Assembly: GCF_032191835.1 (NCBI RefSeq)
Contig: NC_083227.1
Span: 17,484,001-17,548,000 of the forward strand
Reading direction: 5' to 3'
Length of the DNA stretch: 64,000 nt
Source: Heteronotia binoei
Taxonomy: Eukaryota
Numbering within the stretch: position 1 is the first letter of the stretch; each line of letters begins with the position of its first letter. The translations under genes and the position numbers were made by a program. Shown piece by piece: positions 10,430-20,711 of this stretch. The notes under the pieces were generated by a model that worked only from the letters and a program-made list of their open reading frames with translations, made no database searches and was not told the origin of the DNA.

Positions 10430-12560
10430 TTATAGCCCAAATTGGCGTTCTTCAACCGTCAACAATGTCTGTACATGCTCATGATACATTACTAAAAAAA
10501 AAATTACAAAAAACAATATACAGGTTGATATAGAACCAAGATAGGAGTTTAAAAAATCAAATATAAATAACAAAAGGCAAAAGAACGTTTGTGAGTCGTC
10601 CTTGAATACAGTTTGTGAGAAACCCGACACTTAGGCAAAAAATATTCTAATATTAATTAAGTTATGAAATAATTTGAGTCCAACGCAGTGGTCTTATAGC
10701 CCAGTTCCAAACAAAGATCCTACGTATTTTTTTTTTACTTTGCTTCAGATTTTTCTTCCACAGTGGTTAGGGCTCTAAAATATGATACATAATTCCACAT
10801 TAATCAAATGTAAAGTAAAATTAATTACATAATTAATATAATGTGTAATTATTCATACAGGCTGACCTTCAATCAATTTATGTCCTGGACGTCAGTTGTA
10901 TGCAACTTAAGTGATGGTATTCTGTTAACAATGAAATAAAAATATTTGAAAATCATTTTGTGCATTTATTCCATAATGATTTATAAACCCATTTATAAAT
11001 TTAATAAGTACCTGCTGTTGTGCAATATATACTTTTCTTTGAGATATTCTTCTCTATCTCCTACTCATTTCTATTTATAACAAAATAATATAGTTAATTA
11101 ATTCTGTTCATCGCAGAGATCAGAAAGTTTAAAAATTACAACATTATGAAGTTACCTTGCATGAACTAATGAATCAAGCCTCTTTCTCCTCTGACATCTG
11201 AACTTCCTATCTCACAAGCCTACCTAAATACTTATTCAAGTTACAACATTTCTTTACATTTAAAGTTACAGTGCCACAAGGAATCTTATTTCTTGCAGAG
11301 CACAAAAAACAGGTGTAATCAATACATTGGTTAAGCCCCCCAGGTGTTAGTGTTGCTAATCTATGTATGTAGAAGGACTCTCTTTGCCATGTTTGTTGTA
11401 AATTTATTCTGTTATATTTCTTTTGTTTTAGTGTTTCCAAAACAATAAATTTGAAGTCCTCCGTAGTGTGTCTCATTTCATTAAAATGCTGGGTAAACAC
11501 TGTTTCAGTCAGACCCCTTCTAAATGTGGATTTGTGTTCAATTATCCATGTTCTAATAGATCTGCTGGAAATTCCTATGTACAAGAGCCCACATCTGCAT
11601 ATTAAAAGGTATACACATCCCTTAGTTGCACAGGTGAATAGTTCTTTAATCTCTTTACAAAAGTTAAGTTCAGGAAATTCTATCTTATCTACGCACCATG
11701 CTAATGTGCAAATGGAGCAACGTCCACATTTTCTTTGTCCTGCTAGCTGGCCCTCACTTTCTTCAAACTGTACTATTCACCTGTGCAACTAATGGGTGTG
11801 TATACCTTTATATATGGGTTTATAAATCATTATGGAATAAATGCACAAAATGATTTTCAAATATTTTTATTTCATTGTTAACAGAATATCATCACTTAAG
11901 TTGCATACAATTGATGTCCAGGACATAAATTGATTGAAGGTCAGCCTGTATGAATAATTACACATATTAATTATGTAATTAATTTTACTTCACATTTTAT
12001 TAATGTGGAATTATGTATCATATTTTAGAGCCCTAACCAAGGTGGAAGAAAAAATTTAAACAAAGTAAAAAAAATACGTAGGACCTTCGTTTGGAACTGG
12101 GCTATAAGACCATTGCGTTGGACTCAATTTTTTCATAACATAATTAATATTAGAATATTTTTTGCCTAAGTGTCAGGTTTCTCACAAACCGTTTTAAACC
12201 GTCACTCCCATTTATTATTTGTTGTATAACCTCCTTGAATCCAGCCATGTGTCTTAGGCAGTTTCATAAATGCAGAGCGCGGTCTCTTATTGTATGCCTT
12301 CTACTCGTGATCCAGACGGTATAGGTGTGCATTAACTGTGCTTCATTGGCTCCGATATGTGGCCAGATTAAAGGAGTCTTCACAAACATCCTTTTGGCTT
12401 GCGTTATCTATATTTGATTTTAAAAACTCCTTTCTTGGTCCTATATCAATTTCCATATTTTTGTATGACTTTTTTGCTATTGCATCATGAGCTTATATAT
12501 ATATATAAAGCTATTTTTTGCTATTGCATCATGAGCTTATATATATATAAAGCTGGTTTA
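10430..12560 (-). mobile_element. Penelope-like element remnant: GIY-YIG endonuclease fragment with inverted terminal arms
   Basis: Minus strand gives KCGRCSIC...CATKGCVYLLICRCGL-YIG-SSRSIRTWIIEH...ESFYIHRLATLTPGGLN; ~380-bp inverted repeats 10611-10992 and 11814-12189. Confidence 0.85.
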
Positions 12561-12820
12561 TTTTTCTGAAGCACTAAGCAAGAATATATAATAAAGCTTG
12601 ATACATATTACAGCAGATTGACCCACAAACTGCAACAATGACACTCCTTCTGATCCACTAGGCCAATGCTTTGGTGTCTCTTGACCAGGGTCGGTGATGT
12701 AACTCTGTTCTCTTATGGTTTATTTCTGCCTTTCTGATTTCTTTTCCTTTTCCTCTTCATAGCCATGTGAGTAAAAGTATCTTTACATATTTGGAAGCGA
12801 CCCAAGAGAAGGGGAAGGAG

Positions 12821-13243
12821 ATGGAAGAGGAGGACCCAGAAGGAGCTGGAATAGGCAAGAGATCAAGGGAAAGTCCCCATCCCACCCAGGCTGGGAGGGG
12901 TGTTGAATCCTGGGAAAGAGCTGTGCCAGAAACCCTGTCACAGGACACAATGACTGCAGATGGACGCAACCGATGCTTCCGGCAGTTCTGCTACCATGAG
13001 GCTGATGGACCCCGAGAGGTTTGCAGCCAGCTCCATGGACTTTGCAGACACTGGCTGGACCCCGAGAGGCGCACCAAGAAGCAGATCCTGGACCTGGTGA
13101 TCCTGGAGCAGTTCCTGGCCATCCTTCCCCAGGAAATGCAGTGCTGGGTGAGAGGATGTGAGCCAGAGACCAGTTCGCAGGCGGTGGCCCTGGCTGAAGG
13201 TTTCCTCTTGAATCAAGCCGAGGAGAAGAGGCAGACAGAGCAG
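12821..13243 (+). CDS. Gene B exon: SCAN domain (ZKSCAN-like)
   Basis: MEEEDP...[52 protein letters not shown]; 423 nt; donor cag|gtgagg at 13244. Confidence 0.85.
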
Positions 13244-13471
13244 GTGAGGGGGTTTCCTTTGCTCAGTTCCAGCAAGGACCTTATCCTAAAGCTTCCCAGC
13301 CAGATATTTCTACCTTGAGAGAATTCACTAGGTTGGGAGGAAAACCCAACCCTGATTCTTGGCTCTGTGGTTGAACCAGCTCTGCTGGTCAAAGTAGGGA
13401 TGAGGAGTCTCGGAGTGGGGCAGGATTCATCTCCTCAGCCTCTTCTATTTCTTTCTTTCCTGTTGTTTCAG

Positions 13472-13586
13472 ATGTGGGGACCAGCTCTAAAGACTGAAGC
13501 AAAGTTCTCTGAGGCAGAAGGAGCTCTCTCTGAGGAAAGTCAGAGAGCTCAGGCCCAGAAGCATGCCCAAGGTGCCCTGTCAAGTG
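13472..13586 (+). CDS. Gene B linker exon 1 (115 nt)
   Basis: tttcag acceptor, gtaaag donor; paralogue of 39777-39891. Confidence 0.8.
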
Positions 13587-14220
13587 GTAAAGGTGCCTTT
13601 TGTCCAGATGGGATTGGGGCACCCAGTCAAGTTGTTGGGTGGAAAGCTTGGAACAGGAGAAAAAGGAAATACTTCTGCTCACTATGCAGAATCAATTTCT
13701 TGGACTTTGTGCCCCGAGATCTAGTAATGACCACTCACTTGATGGGGGAGTAGACACATTCCTGGAAGGCCATTACATTCTGATTTACATATTTGCATCT
13801 CACTTTCCTTCTGTTAGAGGGGCTCAGAAAAGGAGAGGAAAACGAATGTGAGTACACCTGTTAGTCATGGTGAATAAATGGAACCTCCATATTGCCCTGA
13901 GTTGGATGGCCCTGGCTAGGCCGATTGCATCAGGTCTCAGAAGCTAAGCGGGGGCCATGGTTCATACTGGGATGAGAGACCACCAAAGATGTCCAGGGTC
14001 GCTATGTAGAAGATGGCAATAGCATACCACTCCTGAATGTCTCTTGCCTTGAATAACTGTGGGGTTCCCATAAGTCAGTTGTGACTTCATGGCACTTTTT
14101 ATGGGGGACACACCCACCCATGTTGTGGAGCAGTATACCTCTGATCACCTGTTTCTAAAGGCCTATAATTGGGATTCCTGGTCCTTGCTTAAGGTTTGAG
14201 TATGGGGTGGACATGATGTC

Positions 14221-14432
14221 GGGGAGGGACGGTGGCTCAGTGGTAGAGCATCTGTTGGGAAGCAGAAGGTCCCAGGTTCAATCCCTGGCATCTCCAAAAA
14301 AGGGTCCAGACAAATAGGTGTGAAAAACCTCAGCTTGAGACCCTGGAGAGCCGCTGCCAGTCTGAGAAGACAATACTGACTTTGATGGACCAAAGGTCTG
14401 ATTCAGTATAAGGCAGCTTCATATGTTCATAT
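14221..14432 (+). mobile_element. tRNA-derived SINE, young
   Basis: gtggctcagtggtagagc...ggttcaatccctggc head; atgtc flanks both ends; empty site in the paralogue at ~40790-40815. Confidence 0.85.
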
Positions 14433-15012
14433 GTCCTCTTGATGTGAAGTCAAAGCATCAGCAGATGCTGTGGAACCCCATCGGTAGTACAGAATGTCAG
14501 CTGATCCAGTAAAATCACACCTGGATGTGCTGACAGAGTGTCGTTCCGACCCATCTTTTTCTGCTTCAGCCCTGGTTAGTACTTGGATGAAAGACCACCA
14601 AAGATCCAGGGTTGCTGTGAAGAGTCAGGAAGACTCAAGGGCGTGTGGGAGGGCCCAGCCGGCAGGAGATTGGTGTGCCTGGCGGTTTGGTCTGATCCAG
14701 CAGGATGACGTAACCTTTTGCACTTCAGACTTCACAGGGCACATTTCAAGTCTCACAGAAGTTTTATTTATTTATTTATTTATTCGATTTATATCCCGCG
14801 CTCTCCACCGAGGCGGGCTCAGGGCGGCTTACAACATAAAATCTAGAACGTTTGAAACGTGTCAGTGGAATTTCTAGCCCCACCCCCCTGTCTCCTGGGT
14901 ACCTGGTGTTTCACTTTCACATCTCCATTAGTTTGTTAAAGAATCATAACAAATTTAACAAAACACACAGCTGAGGCTAGAATTTATCCTTCCAATTTTG
15001 TCTCCATTGCAG

Positions 15013-15081
15013 GCTGTGAAGAGATGTTGTCAGTTGTCATCTTTGCAGTGGAGCACAAATGTCTGCTCCCCTCTGGTCCAG
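15013..15081 (+). pseudogene. Gene B linker exon 2, frameshifted (69 nt vs 71 nt in gene C)
   Basis: ttgcag acceptor and gtaagg donor intact, but 2 nt shorter than 41023-41093. Confidence 0.75.
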
Positions 15082-15284
15082 GTAAGGGGGGGGTGAATGG
15101 GGGACAGTTGGGCCCTGCTTCTTTCTTAGGGACAGATGCTTTTGGCTGCAGCTGTCTGAGCAAGAGAGGCTCTGAATGTCACTTTCTTCACACATAGCAA
15201 GCTCTGCATCCTGCTCCCTCCCAGAATGCCCCTGTCTGTCAAGAGTGTCATCTCTGCCTGATGGGAATCTGTTTTTTCTTTCAG

Positions 15285-15405
15285 TCTCCCTTTGAGGAGG
15301 TGACCGTGTATTTCACCAAGGCTGAGTGGGCCCTGCTGGATCCAGGCCAAAAAACTCTCTATAGGGAAGTCATGGTGGAGAACTATGGGCATGTGGCCTC
15401 TCTAG
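15285..15405 (+). CDS. Gene B KRAB-A exon
   Basis: [40 protein letters not shown]; tttcag acceptor, gtaagg donor; 121 nt. Confidence 0.9.
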
Positions 15406-16139
15406 GTAAGGATTTTTCATAGGTTGCCGATTGCTGTCATTGCGATGATGCAGGACTCAAAGTATTGAAAAACAACAAACCATGTAGAAAATAATTCTCT
15501 AGGTAATCCACAAAATGCAATTTCTGAATAGCAAATAACAATTCAGTGGTGCAGAAAAAAGACCATCCTATGCATGACACAACTACTGTCCAAAAACCAG
15601 GTAACATAGGGTGGCCAGATCGTCCCGTCACCCGGGAATGTCCCGCCGCTGCCCTCAAATTCCCGCGTCACGGCTTGGCAAACGCGGGACCAATTAAAAT
15701 CCCGGGTTCGCCAAAATCCGCCGCTCTCGCCTAGTCCGCCGCTCGCGCATGCGCGGGAGCCGACTCTCACGAGAAGCCGCTTTCCCCCTCCTCTTTTAAA
15801 AGCGCCTCTCCGAGGGAAGCAGCCTAACGGCCTCCCTTCCCACCCCACCGCCTGCCTCCTTACCTTAGCGCGCAGGGCACAGGCCAGCAGCAGGAGCAGC
15901 GCCGGCGGGGCAAAGGCGCCGGCGGCCGGGAGAAGGCGGGAGGCGCGGCCATGGTGCGCTCTAGTGCTCCATGGGCAGCAGCAAGGAGGCGACGGCGCGG
16001 GCGGAGGCAGCAGCGAGAGAGAGAGTGAAAGCCCCGGCGGCGGCACCAGCAGCCGCCTGAGCGCAAACTTGCATGGCCGAGTAAGTAATTAATGTGTTTG
16101 AATGGAAATGGGGTGGGGGAGTGGGGTTTGGTGAGCAGC

Positions 16140-16780
16140 AGAGGCTTTTCCGGGGGGAGGGGGAGGAGTTTGCTTTGCAGCAAAGGAGGACTGGGGGGGG
16201 GGGATGCATAGAGCAAGCGGAGGAGGGAAAAGCCTTGCAGCAGCCGGATCCCGGGAAAGTTTACTTGCAAGTAAGTCAGGGAGGAGGAGATGGGTGTGGG
16301 TGCAATGGGTGTGCAACAGGTGTGTGTGCAATAAGGAGGAGAAGCATAAGGAGGAGATGGGGGGGGACTCAGCTGGAGCTTCCTTTTTCTGAGCTGGCTG
16401 GACGGCGCGGGATTGCAACCCCCTGCTGCAGCACAGTTACTTCCGAGCAGCCCCATTGAGCAGCCCATTGAGATGTGGGCTGACGGTAGCCCAGCTGAAG
16501 CTCCTCCAGGACCCGTTGCTCCTCTGCAGCACTGAAAGGGTTAAGCCCACAGAGCCGCTTGCTAGAGAGGCCGAAGGAAAAGGAGGGCGAAGGAGAAGAA
16601 GGGGCTTTTCCGGAGGAGGGGGGAGGAGGAGGAGTTTGCTTTTGCAGCAAAGGAGGACTGGGGGGGGGGGGCTGCATAGAGCAAGCGGAGGAGGGAAAAG
16701 CCTTGCAGCAGCTGGATCCGGAAAGTTTACTTGCAAGTAAGTCAGGGAGGAGGAGATGGGGTGTGGTGCAACGGGTGTGT
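16140..16780 (+). repeat. Tandem duplicate (~16140-16320 and ~16600-16780) of a first-exon-like module
   Basis: Both copies end in ggaaagtttacttgcaa|gtaagt; homologous to 37440-37665 and 61035-61255. Confidence 0.75.
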
Positions 16781-17163
16781 GTGCGCCCCTCTCTGGAGCT
16801 CTTTTCTCTGAATGCTGGCAAACGTTTGTAGGCTTTTTTGGGGGGGGGGGGGGGTAAGACTTTGCACCTTTGGAGGGGCGGCCTTGCACCCTGCTCGGTG
16901 GGGCCGCTCCATTAACTTTCCCTCTCCCCCCCTCCCCCGTTTTCCCTGTTTGCAACCTGCAGCTGCTGCTGTCGAAGGAGCCCTGGGATGTGGTTCCCTT
17001 CCTTCCCTCCTTTTAGGCAAGTTGGGACTCTCAAGTCTAGCCGCGCTAAGATCAGGACGAGTTTTATTTGGGGGGGGGGGGGGATCATGTGCAATCCCGT
17101 GCAAGGCTTACTCCTGTGTAGGCCTTTTCTCATCGATGGGCTTCCGCGTGAGGGAACATTGCC

Positions 17164-17460
17164 TTCACCCCAAAGGGTGATTAACATGTGGAATTCACTG
17201 CCACAGGAGGTGGTGACGGCTGCAAGCATAGACAGCTTCAAGAGGGGATTGGATCAACATCTGGAGCAGAGGTCTATCAGTGGCTATTAGCCACAGGGTA
17301 TTGTTGGAACTCTCTGTCTGGGGCAGTGATGCTCTGTATTCTTGGTGCTTGAGGGGGCAACAGTGGGAGGGCTTCTAGTAGTCCTGGCCCCCCTGGTGGA
17401 CCTCCTGATGACACCTGGTTTTTTCGCCACTGTGTGACACAGTGTTGGACTGGATGGTGT
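17164..17460 (+). mobile_element. CR1 LINE 3' fragment
   Basis: Near-identical to the 3' end of the CR1 at 48115-48365. Confidence 0.85.
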
Positions 17461-17779
17461 TCCTGTTTTGTATGCCTGCGAGAAATCCACCTATCTGGAA
17501 TTCTGTTGAATTGGATCGGAGTGGCTGCGATTGCACACACTAAAATAATGCACTTTCCAACTGGATTTCACTGTCCCCACTGGCAAAATCCTGTTGAAAA
17601 GTGCATTGAAAGTGCAGAATTTAGTGTGTGTGATCGCAGAAAGTGTGAGTTTTCCACCTTGGACTCCATCTTTTCCTTTGAGATTTGCAGCCCTGCGTTT
17701 CTCCTGTTGCTGCTCCTTATCTGGGGCTTGTTGTCCCGCCTGCAGGCCTCCTTGTTTGTTGACATTCTCCCCTGCGCTC

Positions 17780-17880
17780 TGCGATTGGTCGAGCTGAGCC
17801 GTGGAGTCATTGGTGCAACAAGATCCCATGCTGTTTGGCGCAGGGGACGGGCGGTGCCTTCTGGGAGTTGTAGTCTTTGC
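17780..17880. promoter_or_regulatory. ZNF143/THAP11-type SBS motif plus two CCAAT boxes
   Basis: gccttctgggagttgtagt at 17856-17874 (reverse complement ACTACAACTCCCAGAAGGC); gattgg at ~17784 and cattgg at ~17810. Confidence 0.6.
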
Positions 17881-18356
17881 GCCTCTCGACAGGGCTTGAC
17901 TTTGGCTTTGGTGCTTCTGGAGCAAAGGACTGTCTTTCCCAGCATGCCTTTCCGCTTGTCTTTGAAAGGAAGGCTGGATGTTGCATNNNNNNNNNNNNNN
18001 NNNNNNNNNNNNNNNNNNNNNNNNNNNNNNNNNNNNNNNNNNNNNNNNNNNNNNNNNNNNNNNNNNNNNNNNNNNNNNNNNNNNNNNNNNNNNNNNNNNN
18101 NNNNNNNNNNNNNNNNNNNNNNNNNNNNNNNNNNNNNNNNNNNNNNNNNNNNNNNNNNNNNNNNNNNNNNNNNNNNNNNNNNNNNNNNNNNNNNNNNNNN
18201 NNNNNNNNNNNNNNNNNNNNNNNNNNNNNNNNNNNNNNNNNNNNNNNNNNNNNNNNNNNNNNNNNNNNNNNNNNNNNNNNNNNNNNNNNNNNNNNNNNNN
18301 NNNNNNNNNNNNNNNNNNNNNNNNNNNNNNNNNNNNNNNNNNNNNNNNNNNNNNNN

Positions 18357-18465
18357 CACAGAATGTTGGACTGAATGGGCCACTGGCCTGATCCAACAGG
18401 GCTTCTCTTATGTTCTTATGTGACACAGAGTGTTGGACTGGATGGGCCACTGGCCTGATCCAACA
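18357..18465 (+). mobile_element. CR1 tail remnants in tandem
   Basis: Repeated gtgttggactgRatgggccactggcctgatccaaca, matching the CR1 tail at 48300-48365. Confidence 0.75.
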
Positions 18466-18479
18466 GGTGGCGCGGGGGA

Positions 18480-18645
18480 AATGATGTCACAGGAAGTGAT
18501 GTCACTTCCTGCTTCCGGCAGGTGGCGCGGGCGGGGGGGGGAAATGATGTCACAGGAAGTGATGTCACTTCCTGCTTCCGGCAGGTGGCATGATGTCACC
18601 GGAAGTGACGTCACCGGAAGTGACGTCACTTCCTGTTTCCGGCGG
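18480..18645. repeat. Array of ggaagtgaYgtcac (ETS-CRE-like) motifs
   Basis: Tandem ccggaagtgacgtcac and caggaagtgatgtcac units next to the right inverted terminus. Confidence 0.7.
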
Positions 18646-19272
18646 CGCGTCGCGCGCGCACACCCCTACCTCCCCCCCCCCAAAAGTGTCCCTGGCTGGC
18701 CTTCAGACATTATGGCCACCCTAATTTCAACTGTAGTCCAACAAATGATAAAAGAACCGGTCCAATTTCATTTTGGATATGAAGTATCCTTCTTCAAGGG
18801 ACCATCTTTTGTTTTCATAGGGTCAGGAGAGTTGAGGTGCCATAATTCATTTCTACAATATTTATAAAAATACATGATATCATACACAGACTGGGAAAAC
18901 CAACAGCAGTTAACTAATGTACATTACAAACTCTACTCACCCTGGCTTCCCACGTTTCTATTTCGTTTTAATTCATTTTCCTAGAACGCCACTGCCAATT
19001 ACAATCCGTCAGCATTTGGTTGCGTTCATTTTGCCAATGGTGAGCTCAGGAATAAAAAACCTAGGGTTGCTAATGGTATTCAGCTGTTAATCTGATCCTA
19101 ATCATTGTTTTAAAGGTATGGATGCTCATACATAATTTTAAAATGCTGATCAGTGAATTATGAATTATGGCACCTCAACTCTACTGAACCTACAAATACG
19201 AAATATGGTCCCTGACTGATGGCTTGGCTTCTCCCTTGGATGCTGATGGAAACTCTTTTTGTATTCCAGCAG

Positions 19273-19520
19273 CAGATGTAGAGGAGGCAACTAGGGAATT
19301 CCAGGGATTTTCCTTGGAAAATGCCAAGAATGAAGATGCTGAAGGAAACTTGGGAGATGGAGACGGACCACAGAGCCAGGAGGAAAGCCACACAGGTAAG
19401 AGGAGGGGTAAGCCCATTCCTTGCCAAGGAGGGGGTTTCTGTAAAATCCCAATCCAAGAAGAAAGAGCAATTAAAAGAAGGGGGAAATCTGCTCCAGGGG
19501 AAAAGAGAAATGAAAGTGTG
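19273..19520 (+). pseudogene. Truncated leader of another ZNF finger exon; 19273-19395 is a candidate cassette exon
   Basis: [54 protein letters not shown] resembles the leaders at 20712 and 49439 ([11 protein letters not shown]); cag acceptors at 19269/19272 and cag|gtaag donor at 19396. Confidence 0.55.
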
Positions 19521-20711
19521 GCCTTTGCAAAGACATTCAGTCAGAGAATTATTATTATTTTTTATTATATTTGATGAATTGCCCTATCCTGGCCAGTGCC
19601 AGGGTCAGGGTAATATACAACGATAAAATCATGAGCAGCCGCTCATTAACACAATAAGCCCTGCTTGGCAGCAATATGGAGCCACACAGGGTCTTGCACT
19701 GCCCATTGCTCATTTTAAGATTACAGCAGTTATATTCTGCTCAGGATGAGCAGTCGTATTCTGCTTAGTAGGGGAACATCAGTCAGGAAAATTCCCAGCT
19801 TCCCTTTCAAGATCTGAGGCCTTCCCTCGGCATCTCCTGCTACCCAGCACCTGGTCACCATGGGGATAGCTGGCTGCCTTGTGCATCCTTGAGGCTTCTT
19901 TTCAAATGTAACATGCAAGATGGCAGAGATCTACATGGTACAAAGAACCACTACCAGGATCAAAAGTATTTACTAACAAGACAATGTTTATAAGCATACT
20001 CTCAACACAGCACCAGATTGAGCAAGGGATTCAAAGGAAATGGATAAAAAGTTATTCCTCTGTATCTCCTTCTATACATGCCCTATCAGTTGTTAAACAT
20101 GGCTGGCTCATTAGCTTAGAAAGTTACAGATTTTCACAGGAACTCCACTAATTACATGCCTCTTCCCCAAGTGTAGTCCAGCACCTGGCAATGGCTGCTT
20201 CCTCCAGACCTTAGTCAAGAGCTCTCTCTCCCTCGATGGAATGAGCACAAAAGAGCCCCTTTCTCCCAAAGTCTTATCATCTCTCTTTCCCCTCCCACTG
20301 ATTAGGTGAGGATAGATCAAAGATGCTTTTCCTGAAGTCTCCAGGAGTTTTTTCCTGAAGCCCTTCTAGCATTTATTCCTCCAGATCTCTGTTACCTGAT
20401 TTCAGGGAGAACTTGACTATCCCATTGTCTCTTGCCTGCTCTCTGCAAAGAGAGAGAAAACTTCTAAACTCAGAATGTAAGTTTTGCTCAGTTCAAACTT
20501 CTATTAGAAACTTCTATTAGAAAATGCAGAATCCCAAACAAGCATCTCTGATGCAGGAGGCTTAATGTACTTTGAAAGCATATATTATTGTACGCTTAAA
20601 TGTACAGCAGGAAGAAGACACTGAAATATTTGGAGTGTGGATTGAACTTCAGGCGCAGATTAGACTTCCTTTGTTTGGGTTCTAACAGGATCTCTGTGTT
20701 TATTCTAGCAG

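Larger units (their letters stand above)
15607..18723. other. CpG-rich composite block bounded by tagggtggcca/tggccacccta inverted termini
   Basis: Inverted 11-mers at 15607 and 18713-18723; no counterpart seen in gene C's equivalent intron; TSD does not match; contains an assembly gap. Confidence 0.45.

Noticed and set aside
12095-12370. Hammerhead motif in the Penelope-like terminal repeat
   Set aside because: No CTGANGA core found on either strand by eye.
14221-14295. tRNA-like sequences (also ~2527, ~6790, ~28647, ~49029)
   Set aside because: They are SINE heads that continue into repeat bodies; no complete cloverleaf.
15543-17180. Overlapping Pro/Gly-rich ORFs of 100-200 aa
   Set aside because: Expected by chance in GC-rich, stop-poor DNA; no domain recognised.
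17434-18450. Long ORFs spanning N runs (also 33080-33419)
   Set aside because: Artefacts of translating assembly gaps.
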